Source: Dudresnaya verticillata (taxonomy: Eukaryota). Taken from it: DNA of 64,000 nt. The DNA lies in assembly GCA_977862235.1 (NCBI GenBank), contig OZ374561.1, forward strand, positions 930,001-994,000, read 5' to 3'. A program made the translations under genes and the position numbers. Each line of letters begins with the position of its first letter. Position 1 is the first letter of the stretch. This document shows, piece by piece, positions 10,897-23,360 of this stretch. The notes beneath the pieces were generated by a model, which saw nothing but the letters and a program-made list of their open reading frames with translations, did not search any database and was not told where the DNA came from.

Positions 10897-10958
10897 AACG
10901 GAGTACTCGCCAATGTCATCCTGATTTGCCAGAGTCAGAGCAAATTGACACGAGCCCG
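10887..10958 (+). promoter_or_regulatory. Putative programmed -1 ribosomal frameshift signal
   Basis: G_GAT_TTT heptamer immediately before the gag TAG. The pol frame is -1 and open from 10866. Downstream bulged stem: CGG/CCG, CTCG/CGAG, TGTCA/TGACA, ATTTGC/GCAAAT (10899-10958). Confidence 0.75.
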
Positions 10959-13900
10959 AACGCTCCGCCTAATTTACTATCTGGCATGAAAAATCCGATT
11001 CTGTTTAGTGCGTTCAAAAAAGGGAAAAAACCAAAAAGTAGAAAACAGAAAAATCCAAAAAGTAGAAATAGACCCTACATGCAAATTCTCAACACCGGTA
11101 TAGAAGACATTAAGTTGGACAGTAGCTCAAATGACTTCCACGGGGCTTGCATAGACACTGGAGCTCAACGCAGTGTAATTGGAAAGCAACAGGCAAAAGC
11201 ATATTGCAAGAAGGTTGGAGTCCAATTCAAGCAAAAAGCTTCTCTGCTAAGGTACCGTCTTGGCAAGGGAACATTTTCTGCTATAGGTTCAATCCCAGTT
11301 AGAATTTGTACACCCGATGGAAGAGTTCTGAGGTTGAACGTTGACGTTATTGATGTGAATATTCCATTCTTACTTGGTCTAGATTTTCTAGATAGAGAGA
11401 AAATATTCGCGGACAACGTTGACAATCAGCTGGTCTGCAAACTAGGATGGCATATGCCAATCGTTCGCAAGTTCGGTCATCTTTATGTCGATTGGACGGA
11501 CTACACCGTCAACTTTACCAAAGCAGAGCTGAAGAAACTCCATCTACACTTCTATCACCCTACTGTACAGAAGCTTTACGCTCTGCTCAAAAGAGCTAAA
11601 CCTGAAGAGGTTGACCACGACACGAAGAAGCTTCTAAACGAAATTACTAGAGCATGCCAAACTTGTCAAAGATTCACTCCACGACAACAGAGCTTCAAGG
11701 TTTCATTTCCAAAGGGAATCGTATTTAACCAAGAGCTCGCGTTGGATTTAATGTTTCTTGACGGAATGGCAGTACTGCATGTCGTGGACTTGCAAACGCA
11801 TTTTAGTGCAGCAACATTTTTGGCTGGTCAATCGATACAAGCTACTTGGTATGCATTCTTGGAATGCTGGGCTACCGTATACACTGGTTTCCCAGACTCT
11901 ATTAAGACAGACCAAGGAAGCTTATTTACTTCACCAAAGTGGAAAGAAATTATGGACGCCCACGGTATTGCGTTTACACTTACCGCCGTAGAAAGCCATA
12001 ATTCCTTAGGTGCTGGTGAAAGGTATCACGCACCATTGAGAAGGATTTATCACAAAATCCGACATTCTCAGCCGAATATTGATGTCATGATGGCTCTTAG
12101 ATTAGCTGTCAAGGCGATGAATGATACTATGAACCCTGAGGGGCTCGTTCCTTCCCTCCTCGTCTTCGGTGTTCTACCAAGGTTTCCTGGAGCATCTGAA
12201 TCCTTACCTGATCAGCAAGAAAGAATGCAGGCACTCTTGCTTGCTAGACTTGAGATGGAAATTATTTCTAACGAACTCCGTTTACGGAAGGCATTAGAAT
12301 CGAGGCTTCCGCAAGCTGCTTCTCATGAGCTGGAAGTTGGACAGGAAGTTCTAGTGTATCGAGAAGATGAGAAACCGATCAAATGGACTGGACCGTTCAA
12401 GATCAAGAGATTAGAAGGGAAGCAAGTGTTCATAGATCGAGATGGTACTGAGGTTCAACACTCAGTAGCCCAAGTCAAGCCGTTCCTTCAAGAGGAGGAA
12501 GTCGGTGAAAACTTTGTGGACGTACTACACTCAATGGTAAGGCTTTTCGTTTCCTGCAAAGGCAGAGAACAGGAACCAGCTCAAGTGTATGTCACTGAAG
12601 TTCTACATCCCAGAGACCCTAGAGGAGGCTCTCCAGAGTTCTTGGAAGCTAAGAAGAAAGAGATTAAAGGTCTCATTGAGAAGGGTACTTGGAAATTAGT
12701 ACTGAGAGAAGACGTCCCCAATAACGCAAACATATTGAATGGTAGATTTGTTTTGGCTATCAAGAATGCCAATACTAACGAAGAGATTTTTAAAGCAAGA
12801 TATGTGGTCCAAGGACATAAGGATAAGGAGAAGAACTTCTTGATCCACAATTCTACCAACGTGAGACAGAGTTCTACGCGACTGATGATGGCAATAGCTT
12901 CTATGTATGGCTTCCGCGTCTGGAGTCATGATGTTAAACAAGCTTACTTGCAGAGCTCAGAACAACTTTTGAGAAAGGTCTATTTGAAGCCCTCAAAGGA
13001 GTTCGAGCTAGCACCCAACCAGTTGTTAGAGCTTCTCAAACCATTGTATGGTCTACCAGATTCTGGAGATTACTGGAACCAGACCATGCTTCTGCATCTT
13101 ACAAAGGACCTGTACATGCAGCGGACTGTCAGTGATGTTTCCTTGTTTTTCAGGTACATCGACGGAAAACTCGCAGGAATGACGGGTTCCTATGTAGATG
13201 ATTCGTTACACTGTGGTAACGAAAAGTTTCTGAAACTTTCCGACAAGTCTTTAGAAAAGTTCGAATCAAGAGAAAGAGAGTTCGATGATTTTGTGTTCGC
13301 AGGAGTGGCCGTCAAGAACTCTCCAAATGGATTTCAGCTTGGACAAGAAGACTACATAAGGAAGCTTTCTATCCTCCCGTTAGATTGTAGTTACTCTGAT
13401 TTCAGGTCCAGTCGTGCTAAATTGGCATGGGTTACTCACACTAGACCTGACATATGTTTTATGGTGAACAAATTAGCGCAAGTAACAGCAGCAAAGTTCG
13501 ACATCGGACAAATTAAGAAATTGAACAAGGTCGTTAAGAAGATTCAGAAGGATCCGAAGAGATGCCTACAGTATCAAAAGTTGGACTTCCGCACGTTACA
13601 TCTCAAGGTGTACGCTGACTCGTCATTTGCTAATAACGAAGATCAGACCTCTCAGCTAGGCTACATCGTCCTACTAGCAGATGATTCGGGCAAATGCAGC
13701 ATAATTCACTACTCCAGCCACAAGAGCAGACGCGTCGTTCGGTCTGTACTTGGTGGGGAAGTATATGCCTTCGCTGATGCTTTTGATTTCTCTTTCACCC
13801 TGAAGCACGACCTTGAACGCATTCTGAAGAAAAGAATCCCACTCAAGATCTTCACGGATTCTCGTAGCTTGTTTGACGTAATCACGAAAGCGTCTTCCAC

Positions 13901-14126
13901 TACTGAGAAAAGGCTAATGATAGACATCACAGCGGTTCGGAATGCTTATGATGCAAAAGAGATATCTGATGTTGGTTTCATTCGTTCTCAGCATAACCCT
14001 GCTGATTCGTTTACAAAAGAAGGAGCAAATGATGCGCTCCATGACATTGTTTCAAAGGGAAAATACGACCATCCTATCGAACAATGGGTTGTTCGAGACT
14101 GGAATACTTCACTAAAAATGTCTTAG
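10887..14126 (+). CDS. pol: Pol polyprotein: aspartic protease, integrase, reverse transcriptase, RNase H
   Basis: Protease CIDTGA; integrase HLHFYH...CQTC with LALD, KTDQG, GERYH; RT KARYV, DVKQAY, LYGL, YVDD; RNase H YADSS, FTDSRS, ADSFTK. Uninterrupted. Confidence 0.96.
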   Translation, partial: GFLERSTRQCHPDLPESEQIDTSPNAPPNLLSGMKNPILFSAFKKGKKPKSRKQKNPKSRNRPYMQILNTGIEDIKLDSSSNDFHGACIDTGAQRSVIGKQQAKAYCKKVGVQFKQKASLLRYRLGKGTFSAIGSIPVRICTPDGRVLRLNVDVIDVNIPFLLGLDFLDREKIFADNVDNQLVCKLGWHMPIVRKFGHLYVDWTDYTVNFTKAELKKLHLHFYHPTVQKLYALLKRAKPEEVDHDTKKLLNEITRACQTCQRFTPRQQSFKVSFPKGIVFNQELALDLMFLDGMAVLHVVDLQTHFSAATFLAGQSIQATWYAFLECWATVYTGFPDSIKTDQGSLFTSPKWKEIMDAHGIAFTLTAVESHNSLGAGERYHAPLRRIYHKIRHSQPNIDVMMALRLAVKAMNDTMNPEGLVPSLLVFGVLPRFPGASESLPDQQERMQALLLARLEMEIISNELRLRKALESRLPQAASHELEVGQEVLVYREDEKPIKWTGPFKIKRLEGKQVFIDRDGTEVQHSVAQVKPFLQEEEVGENFVDVLHSMVRLFVSCKGREQEPAQVYVTEVLHPRDPRGGSPEFLEAKKKEIKGLIEKGTWKLVLREDVPNNANILNGRFVLAIKNANTNEEIFKARYVVQGHKDKEKNFLIHNSTNVRQSSTRLMMAIASMYGFRVWSHDVKQAYLQSSEQLLRKVYLKPSKEFELAPNQLLELLKPLYGLPDSGDYWNQTMLLHLTKDLYMQRTVSDVSLFFRYIDGKLAGMTGSYVDDSLHCGNEKFLKLSDKSLEKFESREREFDDFVFAGVAVKNSPNGFQLGQEDYIRKLSILPLDCSYSDFRSSRAKLAWVTHTRPDICFMVNKLAQVTAAKFDIGQIKKLNKVVKKIQKDPKRCLQYQKLDFRTLHLKVYADSSFANNEDQTSQLGYIVLLADDSGKCSIIHYSSHKSRRVVRSVLGGEVYAFADAFDFSFTLKHDLERILKKRIPLKIFTDSRSLFDVITKASSTTEKRLMIDITAVRNAYDAKEISDVGFIRSQHNPADSFTKEGANDALHDIVSKGKYDHPIEQWVVRDWNTSLKMS

Positions 14127-14151
14127 TATGCAAAAGTGACCAAGAAGGATT

Positions 14152-14168
14152 AAGCGAAAGAGACGGGA
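14152..14168 (+). other. Polypurine tract
   Basis: AAGCGAAAGAGACGGGA, 1 nt before the 3' LTR. Confidence 0.7.
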
Positions 14169-14169
14169 C

Positions 14170-14612
14170 TGTGGAAAAACTGAAGCAGACTGACTGCTGA
14201 GGGTGCCAGATTGGCGCTTAGATGCGACACAGTTTTATCTACGTCGCAATAAATCTACTTAGTCTTTATTTACTTTTGCTACAGTAAACTATTTTATAGT
14301 GGATAGGTCGTACATTTAGAGACTAGAGCTAGTCTTTTTCTGAAGATAGAGTTAGTCTTTTATTTAGTAGACTAACGCTGCAAAACTAGCTCTAAGATTG
14401 CGGTTTTACCTGCCGAAGTCTTGGCTAGCAAGCGCTCCGGCAGAGTATAAAGGGCCTCCCTCGCCGGCCAACTCGGCGAGGAAAGGACACATTATCAACT
14501 CAAACCACCACCCCAAAGCCACTACTTGACATTTCTTTATTTACCGTCAACCGCTGTACGCATCGTGTGTATTTTTCCCGTTTTTGCTTACAGCCGCGCC
14601 GGTTCTGCCACA
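14170..14612 (+). repeat. 3' LTR
   Basis: Identical by eye to 7914-8356; followed by TSD CTGCC. Confidence 0.97.
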
Positions 14613-16603
14613 CTGCCAATATCATTGTTGCAGCCAGCAGCCATGTCGCCTTCTCCCCATTAGAATTTTGTTACGCTCTCTGCCCCTCGCCTACCTTATG
14701 CTGAACCATCTGTTAACCGAACAGTCCTGTCGCAACGATACTGTTATCGACGGTATGGAAAGGCCTCATACTACACGCGGCCTCGTGCAAGTCGCTTCCC
14801 TCCTACTTCTCATCTTTTGCCCGAACGGCGAACAGTGACTGACTCCCCAACAACGCAACATCAACACCAACAAACAAATTCATCCATGCTTTGTTGCGAC
14901 AAGCAACATCTCGTGTCGCTTGACCTAAAATCTTTTTCTTTTTCTTTAGCCATTGCTCAACAAATGCAATGTTACGGCGGAGGTCTGCGCAATATTTCCT
15001 TTGGCATTTCAAGTTTGATTTATCGGTGTTTTTGTTTAGCATTGTCCTGCGCAGGAGGCGATTACGGCCCATTTGCGGGCACTCGTACAGCTGGCATAAC
15101 ATGAATATGGCTTCATGAATTTTTTTTTCTTTGACGAGTACATCCGTTCGTTGAGACAACGTTTACAAACATGAACGCTTGATCTGGCTTTGGATGTTGA
15201 ATTGTAACCATAAAGAGAGCCAGAAAATGACGTAATACTGAAGGGCTAGTCAAACTATTGAGAGAGATGGGGACCTTTGCAAACTATTGCGGTCTTGAAA
15301 ATGACCCCAATGGAAAAGGACGCCTACGAGATGATTCAACACTGTCAAACGTATTCGCAGTCCTTGCTCGAAAGCTAGAATGGTTTCCGCAATTAATCCT
15401 ATTCTAGAGGTCCCTCTCGTTGTCTGTGGCTATGCTCCAGTGCCAAATTCTGCCTGCAGAAATGGAATTCACCATCACCTCTGTGTAGTGGAGGCAATTA
15501 CAAATTGGAAAAACTTGAAGGGAAGACGGGCTACGACAAGGGTGCGTTATACTTGTTGGTCATTCTGACTAGTGCAAATGTGAAACTGTGGTCTTCCTAC
15601 CGTCGTGGAAACACTTTGCCAGTGTAATTCTGTTTGAACGCACAGTTCACCTTGTCGAGACAATTCTTGTCTTCCAACTAACGCGAATATTGGGAATGTC
15701 TCAGCAAGGTTGAAGCTATGCGTGGTGTCAGAATTGCAAGAGGGATATCCATACTTTAGAAGGTCATTATGGAAGATATCCATTGAGTTACGAGAAGAAC
15801 GGGTTACTCTCTTTTCTGTAATGTACATTACGCGCATTTGCATGTCATCTGAAAGAAGGTGCAGGAGGCGTCAATCTCCCATATACATTGCTTGATGGAT
15901 TTGCAGTGCAATGTATTGCTGCATTCGGGTGCCCTGAATTTGGAAACCATTTCTATCTCATCACCACAGGAGTGTATCAGGTCGCACCACAATGTCTCAG
16001 CTATGTTGCGAAACGTGCATTGCTCCTACGGGCCCCCCACAGTCTGTTGCGCTCCCCTCCTGTACGTATTACTGCGCAGGTTTAGCGCGTTTATATTGTC
16101 TTCAAGTCTTAAGAGTATTGTACTTGTCTCTTCAAATGCAACAGGTCCAAACAGGCAGGTGGTAGACAGACACAAAGTTTCGAGCATCAACGTTTTAACA
16201 AATCACAGACGTGGCAGTGGCTTCGTCGTTGGCGTGTAGACCAGACATCACTCCTGATTACCACCCTGCCCTTCAAATACGTTTGGGACAGAGTACGTAT
16301 TTCCCTCGCTCGCCTCCATTGTTCAACTGCACAGTGCTCAGAGTGTTGCTAGGATCACGAGCCATGAAGCACGTTTTAGCATCCATCCGGCCTATCTGAT
16401 ATTTTGGTGGCCTGGCTCGTATCCCCAAAGCCCGTGTAACAGCCCATTAGTATAGAGAGACACAGACTCTTGGTCATGTTGCAAAGTCATATTCAGCAGA
16501 AGTATTCACTATGGGCCTTTAAGTCACCCGAGCGGGACCACCTAAGACAACCATTAAAAGTTTACCATCACTGCGCTTGATGATTCCATGTTACAAAGCC
16601 TGG

Positions 16604-18121
16604 TTACAAAGAGGCTACTGTTTCCTGTCGCATCCTCACTTGCACCGGCATTCCCATATCCAATGGACCCCCCTTGACACTTGCGCACCTTGCAGCCTCT
16701 GCCCAGCCGCTGCATGAAATCACCTCATCTTCTCCGCAGCCCAGCTTGAACTCAAACTGACGAAGCAGTTCCGCGAAGATGAGAGGGCCTTGATGGTCAC
16801 CCAAGAACCGCCCCACACAGTTCCTGGCGCCGAGGCTGAACGGCGCATAGGCTCCTGCTGGAACCCTGTCGGCGTCGCGAGGCTCAGATGCAGAGCCCCA
16901 TCTTTCCGGGTCGAACATATCCGGGTCTTTCCAGACTTCCCGATGAGTCTGTGCCCCCTGCAGAAGCGCGATTATCTGCTGCCCTTTGGGAACGGTGAGG
17001 CCGCTTCCTTTCAATGTGATTTCTTTCGTTGTAAACCGCGGGAAGAAAGGTAATGTTGCGTGGAGGCGAAGAGCCTCCTTCATAGCCTTCTTCATATATG
17101 AGAGCTGCTCTACTTCTTCTAGTGTAATGGGTTCGCTTAGCGGGCGATCTCCAAAGTGAGCAGCAACCTCCTTCTCCATCTCCAACAGCGTTTCGGGACT
17201 GCGGAGGGCCTCGTATAACAACCAAGTAAGAGTATGGTTTGTAGTATGCGTTCCAGCAACCCCGAACTCAATGATGTGGGTTGTAATTTTGGACAAGTCT
17301 CCCTGTCCTAGAGAAAGGAAGACGTCAAGTACATCCTCTGCGCGACCTTCCTTCTCTTCAGGAGATTCTGTTTTTCTCTTCTGGATGAGACCGTGGCAAA
17401 TTTCATGTATGCTGTCCCTCTCTGCAAACAGCTTGGCTCGAACGCCAAGGGGGGTTAAGAATTGTCGAACTGGATATCCAAGTACTTCGCGTAAGGCCTC
17501 ATCGACAAGAACGTCTATGGCAGTGGTAAATCGCTCCCGGTCGAGACGGGACATATCGAGCCCAAACGCAACGTTGGTAATGATGCGTGACGTGCAAAGT
17601 GCAAGAGTGTTCGTAATGTCCACCGGTTTGGACCACGACCCGTCACGGGTGGAATGGGAAGACAGCTTGATATTCTCAACAAGCTCCCCTACAGCTTGGA
17701 CCATCTTACCATGAAATCCGTGAAGCATTCCATGGTGGAATGATGGGCGCAAGTGCTTCCGGGCTATGCGATGTTCCTTAGTAGGAGAAGCCAACAGCCC
17801 GCCGGGAACAACAGTGTTGATAGCGTGCATTGCCGACGGCGGACGGGTAAAAGTGTCAGGGGTTGATAAGATCTGGGCTACATCAGCTGGTGCGGAAGTA
17901 ACGATGGCCTCGTGGGGGCCTAGGTAGATGCGGGTCAGATCTCCATACTTCCTGGATAGAACGAGTAATTTGCGTAGGGCTGTATGTGGGTCAAGGGATA
18001 TGCCAAGAAACTCAAACAGGGATGGAGAAGGGACTGATTTGAAGGTCGACGGGGCGATGAACAGATAAAGGGGGAGAACGAAGGGGATAAAGGTCAGGAA
18101 GATGACAAGAAAGGGGTTCAT
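16604..18121 (-). CDS. Cytochrome P450 (505 aa, single exon)
   Basis: N-terminal membrane anchor, I-helix AGTHTT, ExxR (EALR), PERW, heme motif FSLGARNCVG. Confidence 0.96.
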   Translation of the reverse strand: MNPFLVIFLTFIPFVLPLYLFIAPSTFKSVPSPSLFEFLGISLDPHTALRKLLVLSRKYGDLTRIYLGPHEAIVTSAPADVAQILSTPDTFTRPPSAMHAINTVVPGGLLASPTKEHRIARKHLRPSFHHGMLHGFHGKMVQAVGELVENIKLSSHSTRDGSWSKPVDITNTLALCTSRIITNVAFGLDMSRLDRERFTTAIDVLVDEALREVLGYPVRQFLTPLGVRAKLFAERDSIHEICHGLIQKRKTESPEEKEGRAEDVLDVFLSLGQGDLSKITTHIIEFGVAGTHTTNHTLTWLLYEALRSPETLLEMEKEVAAHFGDRPLSEPITLEEVEQLSYMKKAMKEALRLHATLPFFPRFTTKEITLKGSGLTVPKGQQIIALLQGAQTHREVWKDPDMFDPERWGSASEPRDADRVPAGAYAPFSLGARNCVGRFLGDHQGPLIFAELLRQFEFKLGCGEDEVISCSGWAEAARCASVKGGPLDMGMPVQVRMRQETVASL

Positions 18122-20508
18122 GGTGTACCGCTAAGCAGAGCGTCACGACTGCCAGTGCTTCTGGCTGCTTCCGCCCAGCGATGCTTCTGAAATATGTATT
18201 GCTCATGCGGAGAGGGAACCGTAAACACCGGATTGAGTCAGACTGGACTGGTTGGCAGACTCTATGGAGTAGAAGCGCCTAACAGGTGGTAGCAATGAAG
18301 GGCACTCGGTTGTGGCTTGGAGAATGCGACTTTTCAGCCCTGAAACGAAGAAAAGACTTGAAGCAATCGGTAGCACTATACAATTTTGCCGCTTTGATCG
18401 GTAGTACAGTGTAGTGTTATCGATATGGACAGTCTACTAGAAAGCCACAATTGTTCAATAGTGGTCCAGAATGTGCGCTCCACGTACAGCATCATTTAAA
18501 AAAGGCCAACTTGCCATTGTAGAGACGAGACGTGCGAGTATCACGTTGCGTACAACGGTACTTCCGATGCACATTGTCTCTCTGAGGAGCATCAAAGCTA
18601 TGAGAGACGCTCATAATGTCGCTCAATTGACTTTGTTATGACCACTGCTTGGACAGCTAAGGGTGCGAAGCAGGAAACTACTGGCTGGCATGTGAAAGGT
18701 ACGGCTATAGACAAGATGAAGAGGGCGACACGTTCTGGCTCTTAATTACATACCAGATGCCAAGTTCTGCATCCGTGGCGCTCTAAAGCTCCTGCAATTG
18801 GGCTCTCTATTGCATTGCAGTAACACCATCCTTATGGTCAAAACTGCTTGCCTTTCTCGACGTCATTGCGAAGCTAAACTTACAAATGGTCCAAAAAACA
18901 GCGTACAACAGGTACTGAACACTCGTGGTGTCCAATACACCGATATGATGCTTAGGTGTTTTGTAGAGAGGTTCTGTATTTGAGCATATAAATGGCATTT
19001 CAAGCCTGCGAAGAAACCAATTTACGATCAACACGGAAGGGCGTATTCTTCACAGAAAAACGTTGTTCAGATGCTCTTCGTGAGCCATTCTAGCCTTGTG
19101 AAATCTGGCTCGATAGTTAAGTGCTTCACATCACTGCGTATGAATACGCGGGGCGCATATCGCGAAGAGCTCATGTCGTTGCTATTACGCGTCCACAGAG
19201 ACTCTGTGGCTTTTTCGAAGCTCCTGTCTGTGGAGGTCAGCCGAGAGGTGTGGTGCTAAACCAGGGGTCGTTGTTCTCAATAGAAAAAAAACTGAACCAC
19301 TTGCGCTGGCATCCGTTGACAGTGCAGAGAGATCAAACAGGATTTGTATCCTGAGGGTTGTGTAAGATAGTTCCTCTACAAGGAGTTTGTAAAGTTGACA
19401 CAGTAATCCTTAAAGGGGGAGGGGCTTGTAGGCTTTAGAGGAAGGCTATTTCCTTGGATTGCGGAGTAGAAAGCATCCGGAGCAAGTCGGCAGTATCAAG
19501 CGAGCCTGATACGGAAATCCATGGAGGTCTGTTAGGATGAGCACGAGAACGGGCTCAAGGAGAGTTACATGGCGGGACATACTTTCTCACAACCGATACT
19601 GACTGCTCTTGTGGCACAGGAGAGCAGAGCATCAGCTCTTCGACTTTAACCTCCTCACCGTCTCAAGAGCCGCCAATAAACTTGCAGTATTCTTTACCAG
19701 TACATTGAAATAATCACCAGGTGTGGTCGGGTCCATCTTCCATTATGGCATCTGGGAGCATATTGAGGATGCAATGGCAGTCTTTCAAAACACTGGTAAC
19801 GCTGGAAATACTCCATCGTCGCCTGGGGCTTCTGCTATGTTCTTTGGAGCTTCAGAGAGAGATTGCTGAACACAGCTAAAAGCAACATGGGCCGAGGAAG
19901 AGTTGCCTTCACAGACATCGCGTAGTCTTCTCGTAACAGCGCTATATTTCAGCTTCTCGCTAGTTGTGTTGATATGCTTTCCTGCAGCGGCTTCTTTTCT
20001 TTAGCGGCGTCCTCAGCGCTTCTTTCTTGCTCCAAAGTCCTCACTGCGGCTACTGATGCTATATCTGCCTCACAGGGTGACTGTTGGCTCTGGACAGCGC
20101 AAAGCCCCATCAACATCGGGGCATCCAAGCTCATTCTTATTGTAGAGGAATACGGGCCTCATAGGCCAGCTTTTTTGCGGCAACGGCTCCTCGCATGCAT
20201 TCTTTTAGTTATACATGTTTAGCGTGAATTGCCGCAACCTATCCCCTCCTCCTGCAATGTGTCCTGGTAGTTAGACTCTTTCCCAGGGTTGCTTTTTTAG
20301 ATTAAAATAATGGTTGTGCTTCAGTTAGTTTCACAGTATATCGTATATTCTTGCATGTCCCATCAACCGTATAGTTTCGAAGGAACCGCATCGGGTGGAT
20401 GGGCTTCGTATTCTTTTACAGCGGATTTTCCTTTATCGATGATTTACTGTAAAATGCATTACATGCTTTAATTTACCTCGCAAGAAGGTCTTCGATGCTG
20501 CTTTTTTA

Positions 20509-20548
20509 AGAGAGATGGGGAACTTTATGGTAGGGTTCGAAGGGCGCT
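20509..20548 (-). repeat. Short dispersed repeat, copy 2 (truncated)
   Basis: AGAGAGATGGGGAACTTTATGGTAGGGTTCGAAGGGCGCT, the reverse complement of most of 5693-5743. Confidence 0.85.
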
Positions 20549-23360
20549 TTAATAAAACCATTGGAATGACATTGAGATTAAAGCATGCACATTCGCAGTC
20601 AAATGGCTATGGAAACAGCAATGATGGCATGTTGCCAACTCCATGCATAATGTTCCAGCGACTTGTTGTGACGACGAGAAACGTCGCAGCAAACAAATTG
20701 GATCAATATAGGAACTGCATGCATGCGCCCAACACATAATTGGCGACAGGCTAGAATCACAATACGTGCTGTTACCATGCCTTTAGGAAGCAAAGGCTTC
20801 CTTCTGTATGGACGTGACATATTGTTGATGTCTCCAGGCAGAGTAGGAGTCTTTGTTTGATAGTGTGGGAATCTGACTGCGTGGCATTGTGTAGCCATCG
20901 TTAGCAGGATATTGAATTAGAGTATGCTTTGCCTTTTACCAGTATACCGGATACTTATGTCGCTGTAACGAAGTGTTAGGTTTAGTTTGCTGAGTCCTAA
21001 AGGTCGTCTCACTCCTATACCATGGCTACAGCCATACATATTGACTCTTACCAACAAACAAGAACGTGGCAGATATGTTGCACTCATTCAGAGCGCGGCT
21101 TTTTGGTCCCTAACGCAAGTATCCGCACTTGGCTTATTGCCGAAACCATCCAGAATTTAAGATCATACCTCATCAAAGTCACCTTCAGGACCGTCACCAT
21201 AACCAGCATATCCTCTGTCCTCTTGGGAATTCTTAACTTCTTCGACCGCCTCCTGAATAGCCCAAATGTCCTCATTACAGGCTCGCTCCCGCTCTCTCTA
21301 GAGATATGATCATCTAATTATTTGACCGCTGTTAAAAGACTGTTACTAACCGGCTAAGTTCTGGCAACAGCGTCCGAAAAGTTGCCAACGTGCAAATGTT
21401 TTGCCACTGTATTGAGACTGTTCGTGGATGCTTCTATTGCAGATATCGTTTCGATCACCGATTTGATTTCGACTCTCCGTCCAGCAGACGACGTCAATAG
21501 TATTGATGGCTCTTTTTATTTTGTCCACAGCAATGTGCAACAAATGTTGTGAAGAGATTTTTTGCTAGTGGCTAGCGAGTTGATAATCGCGTCCGCGAAG
21601 TCGGGGCACATTTAAGTCACCTTCAACTGTGCTTCTCGTTTTCGCAACACTGCTTGGTCTCTAGCCTTAATTTCGTTAATGCCTGGGCTGTCAGCCACAT
21701 TAGCTTCTTTGTCGGCGTGTTACAATTACTGTTCGTTGCCGTCACCCTCGTTCTCTGCTTAATCTAGCTCCGCCTTTCCTCTTTTGGGCTGATTTTCACC
21801 TTCCAACGGGCCAGAGTACGTGTTTCTGAGCCGAGCTCGATGTTTGCAACACATTCACTGACCGATGGTGACCGGTTGGATAGCCAAAGGTGAGACGTAT
21901 GAAGCTACTGACCGGGTCATCGAACACATACAGCTCTGGGAAAAGGGAAGCAGGCGATGCGTTCTGGCTCTCAAAAGCTTGCCAAATGCTAACTCCCGCA
22001 CGCAGTGGCGCTCTAGAGCTCTCGCAGTTGGGCGTTTTGTTTCAAGACAACAGCATCCTCCTTGTTGTTAACGGTGTTAGGTTTGCTGGGTGTGTTTGCA
22101 AAGCTAGCCTCTCGAATGGCTCAAACTCCTTCTTACAGCAACACAGCACGTGATGGTCGTATCCACTGCACTATGATGAGTGTTAGTGTTACTGTTACAT
22201 ACATGGCATATAATAATACGTAACACTACACTGTACGTAATAATACAAGTGTGTTTTACGGAAGAGGGAGATGCACTATATAAGCCTCGAATTCCAACAT
22301 CTTGTTCTTCCTCAACTATTCTAGACGTGGGCAATCAATCTCTCTAGACAAGGGTCTCGGTCAGGGGTTACAACTAGAGAATGGGAACTTTATAGGGGGT
22401 TACTGTACGAGGAACTCTACTAAGCTCCTTCCAAACTTAAAAAAAGAAAAGGAAATTTCACTGAATGTGACTTCCACAAGCGAGGCACCAGCAGCTTGAG
22501 AACCTTCTTCTGTAAGTACTTCGCTTACAGTACAACTACGCCGGCTGCAACAACTCCTCCTCTCGTTGTAGCTCCTCCTGCTGAGAAGAGCAGCCATCGC
22601 ACTCTGGGAATATCAGCAGGCCTGATAACAAGAACGGGATCGTGCAGAGTTCGAAACTTGTGCAGGATTACAATCCCAACCATCCTGAGCACTCATTAGT
22701 AGAGACAGCAGAATATGCGCTGTCCTGCGCCACCACGTTCTCAATGCCCCCATTAGGTACCAATAAAATTGCAGCATCAACGCCTGGCCAATTTGAAAGT
22801 ATCTCACAGAAAGGGTATGGTTGCCGCTTCAATTTCAGAACGTAAGCATTGTTATTGAAGCGGTTCTGTGGCACAGAGGCAAACAAACACATTGGGAAGA
22901 TTGTTGTAGATGCTTATGATATGGAATTTGGAGTGAGAGATGACCAGAACTGCAAGCAGCACATCTTTTGAGTTTCTCTATTCTGAAGCACTGGACAGGA
23001 GCTATAGCATTGTTACTGTCAACAAGATGGTCGATGGCCATATATTAAGCCTCTAGAACGGAATTTCATCCCCTGGTGGGGTTGCTTTCCACATCAACAG
23101 ATCCATACATTGTGCGTATGCGCGGAACACCTGCACCTAGTGCCTGCATTCTAAAATTATCGAAACTGTTCCAAAGTGCACTATTACTACGCACGAACTA
23201 TGTAGCTTATTAGGCCTGCTTCGATGGCAACTGTTTTCCCGTCTTTCGTCACCCAACATGTGAGAAACTTCTTCCAATCTATCTCTCCCTTATCATCAAG
23301 CTGGGTTAAGGTGGTGGTCATTGCCGGCGAAGCTCACAGCGTGAAGCTCAACACCATATC

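Larger units (their letters stand above)
7914..14612 (+). mobile_element. Full-length Ty1/Copia LTR retrotransposon (GalEa-like) with an extra zinc-finger gene
   Basis: Two 443-bp LTRs with TGTGG...CCACA termini; 5-bp TSD CTGCC (7909-7913, 14613-14617); gag, then pol in PR-INT-RT-RNaseH (Copia) order; purine-rich tract before the 3' LTR. Confidence 0.97.

Noticed and set aside
18800..23000. Coiled-coil or gag-like fragments on the minus strand near 19700-20130
   Set aside because: Too degenerate to support a call.
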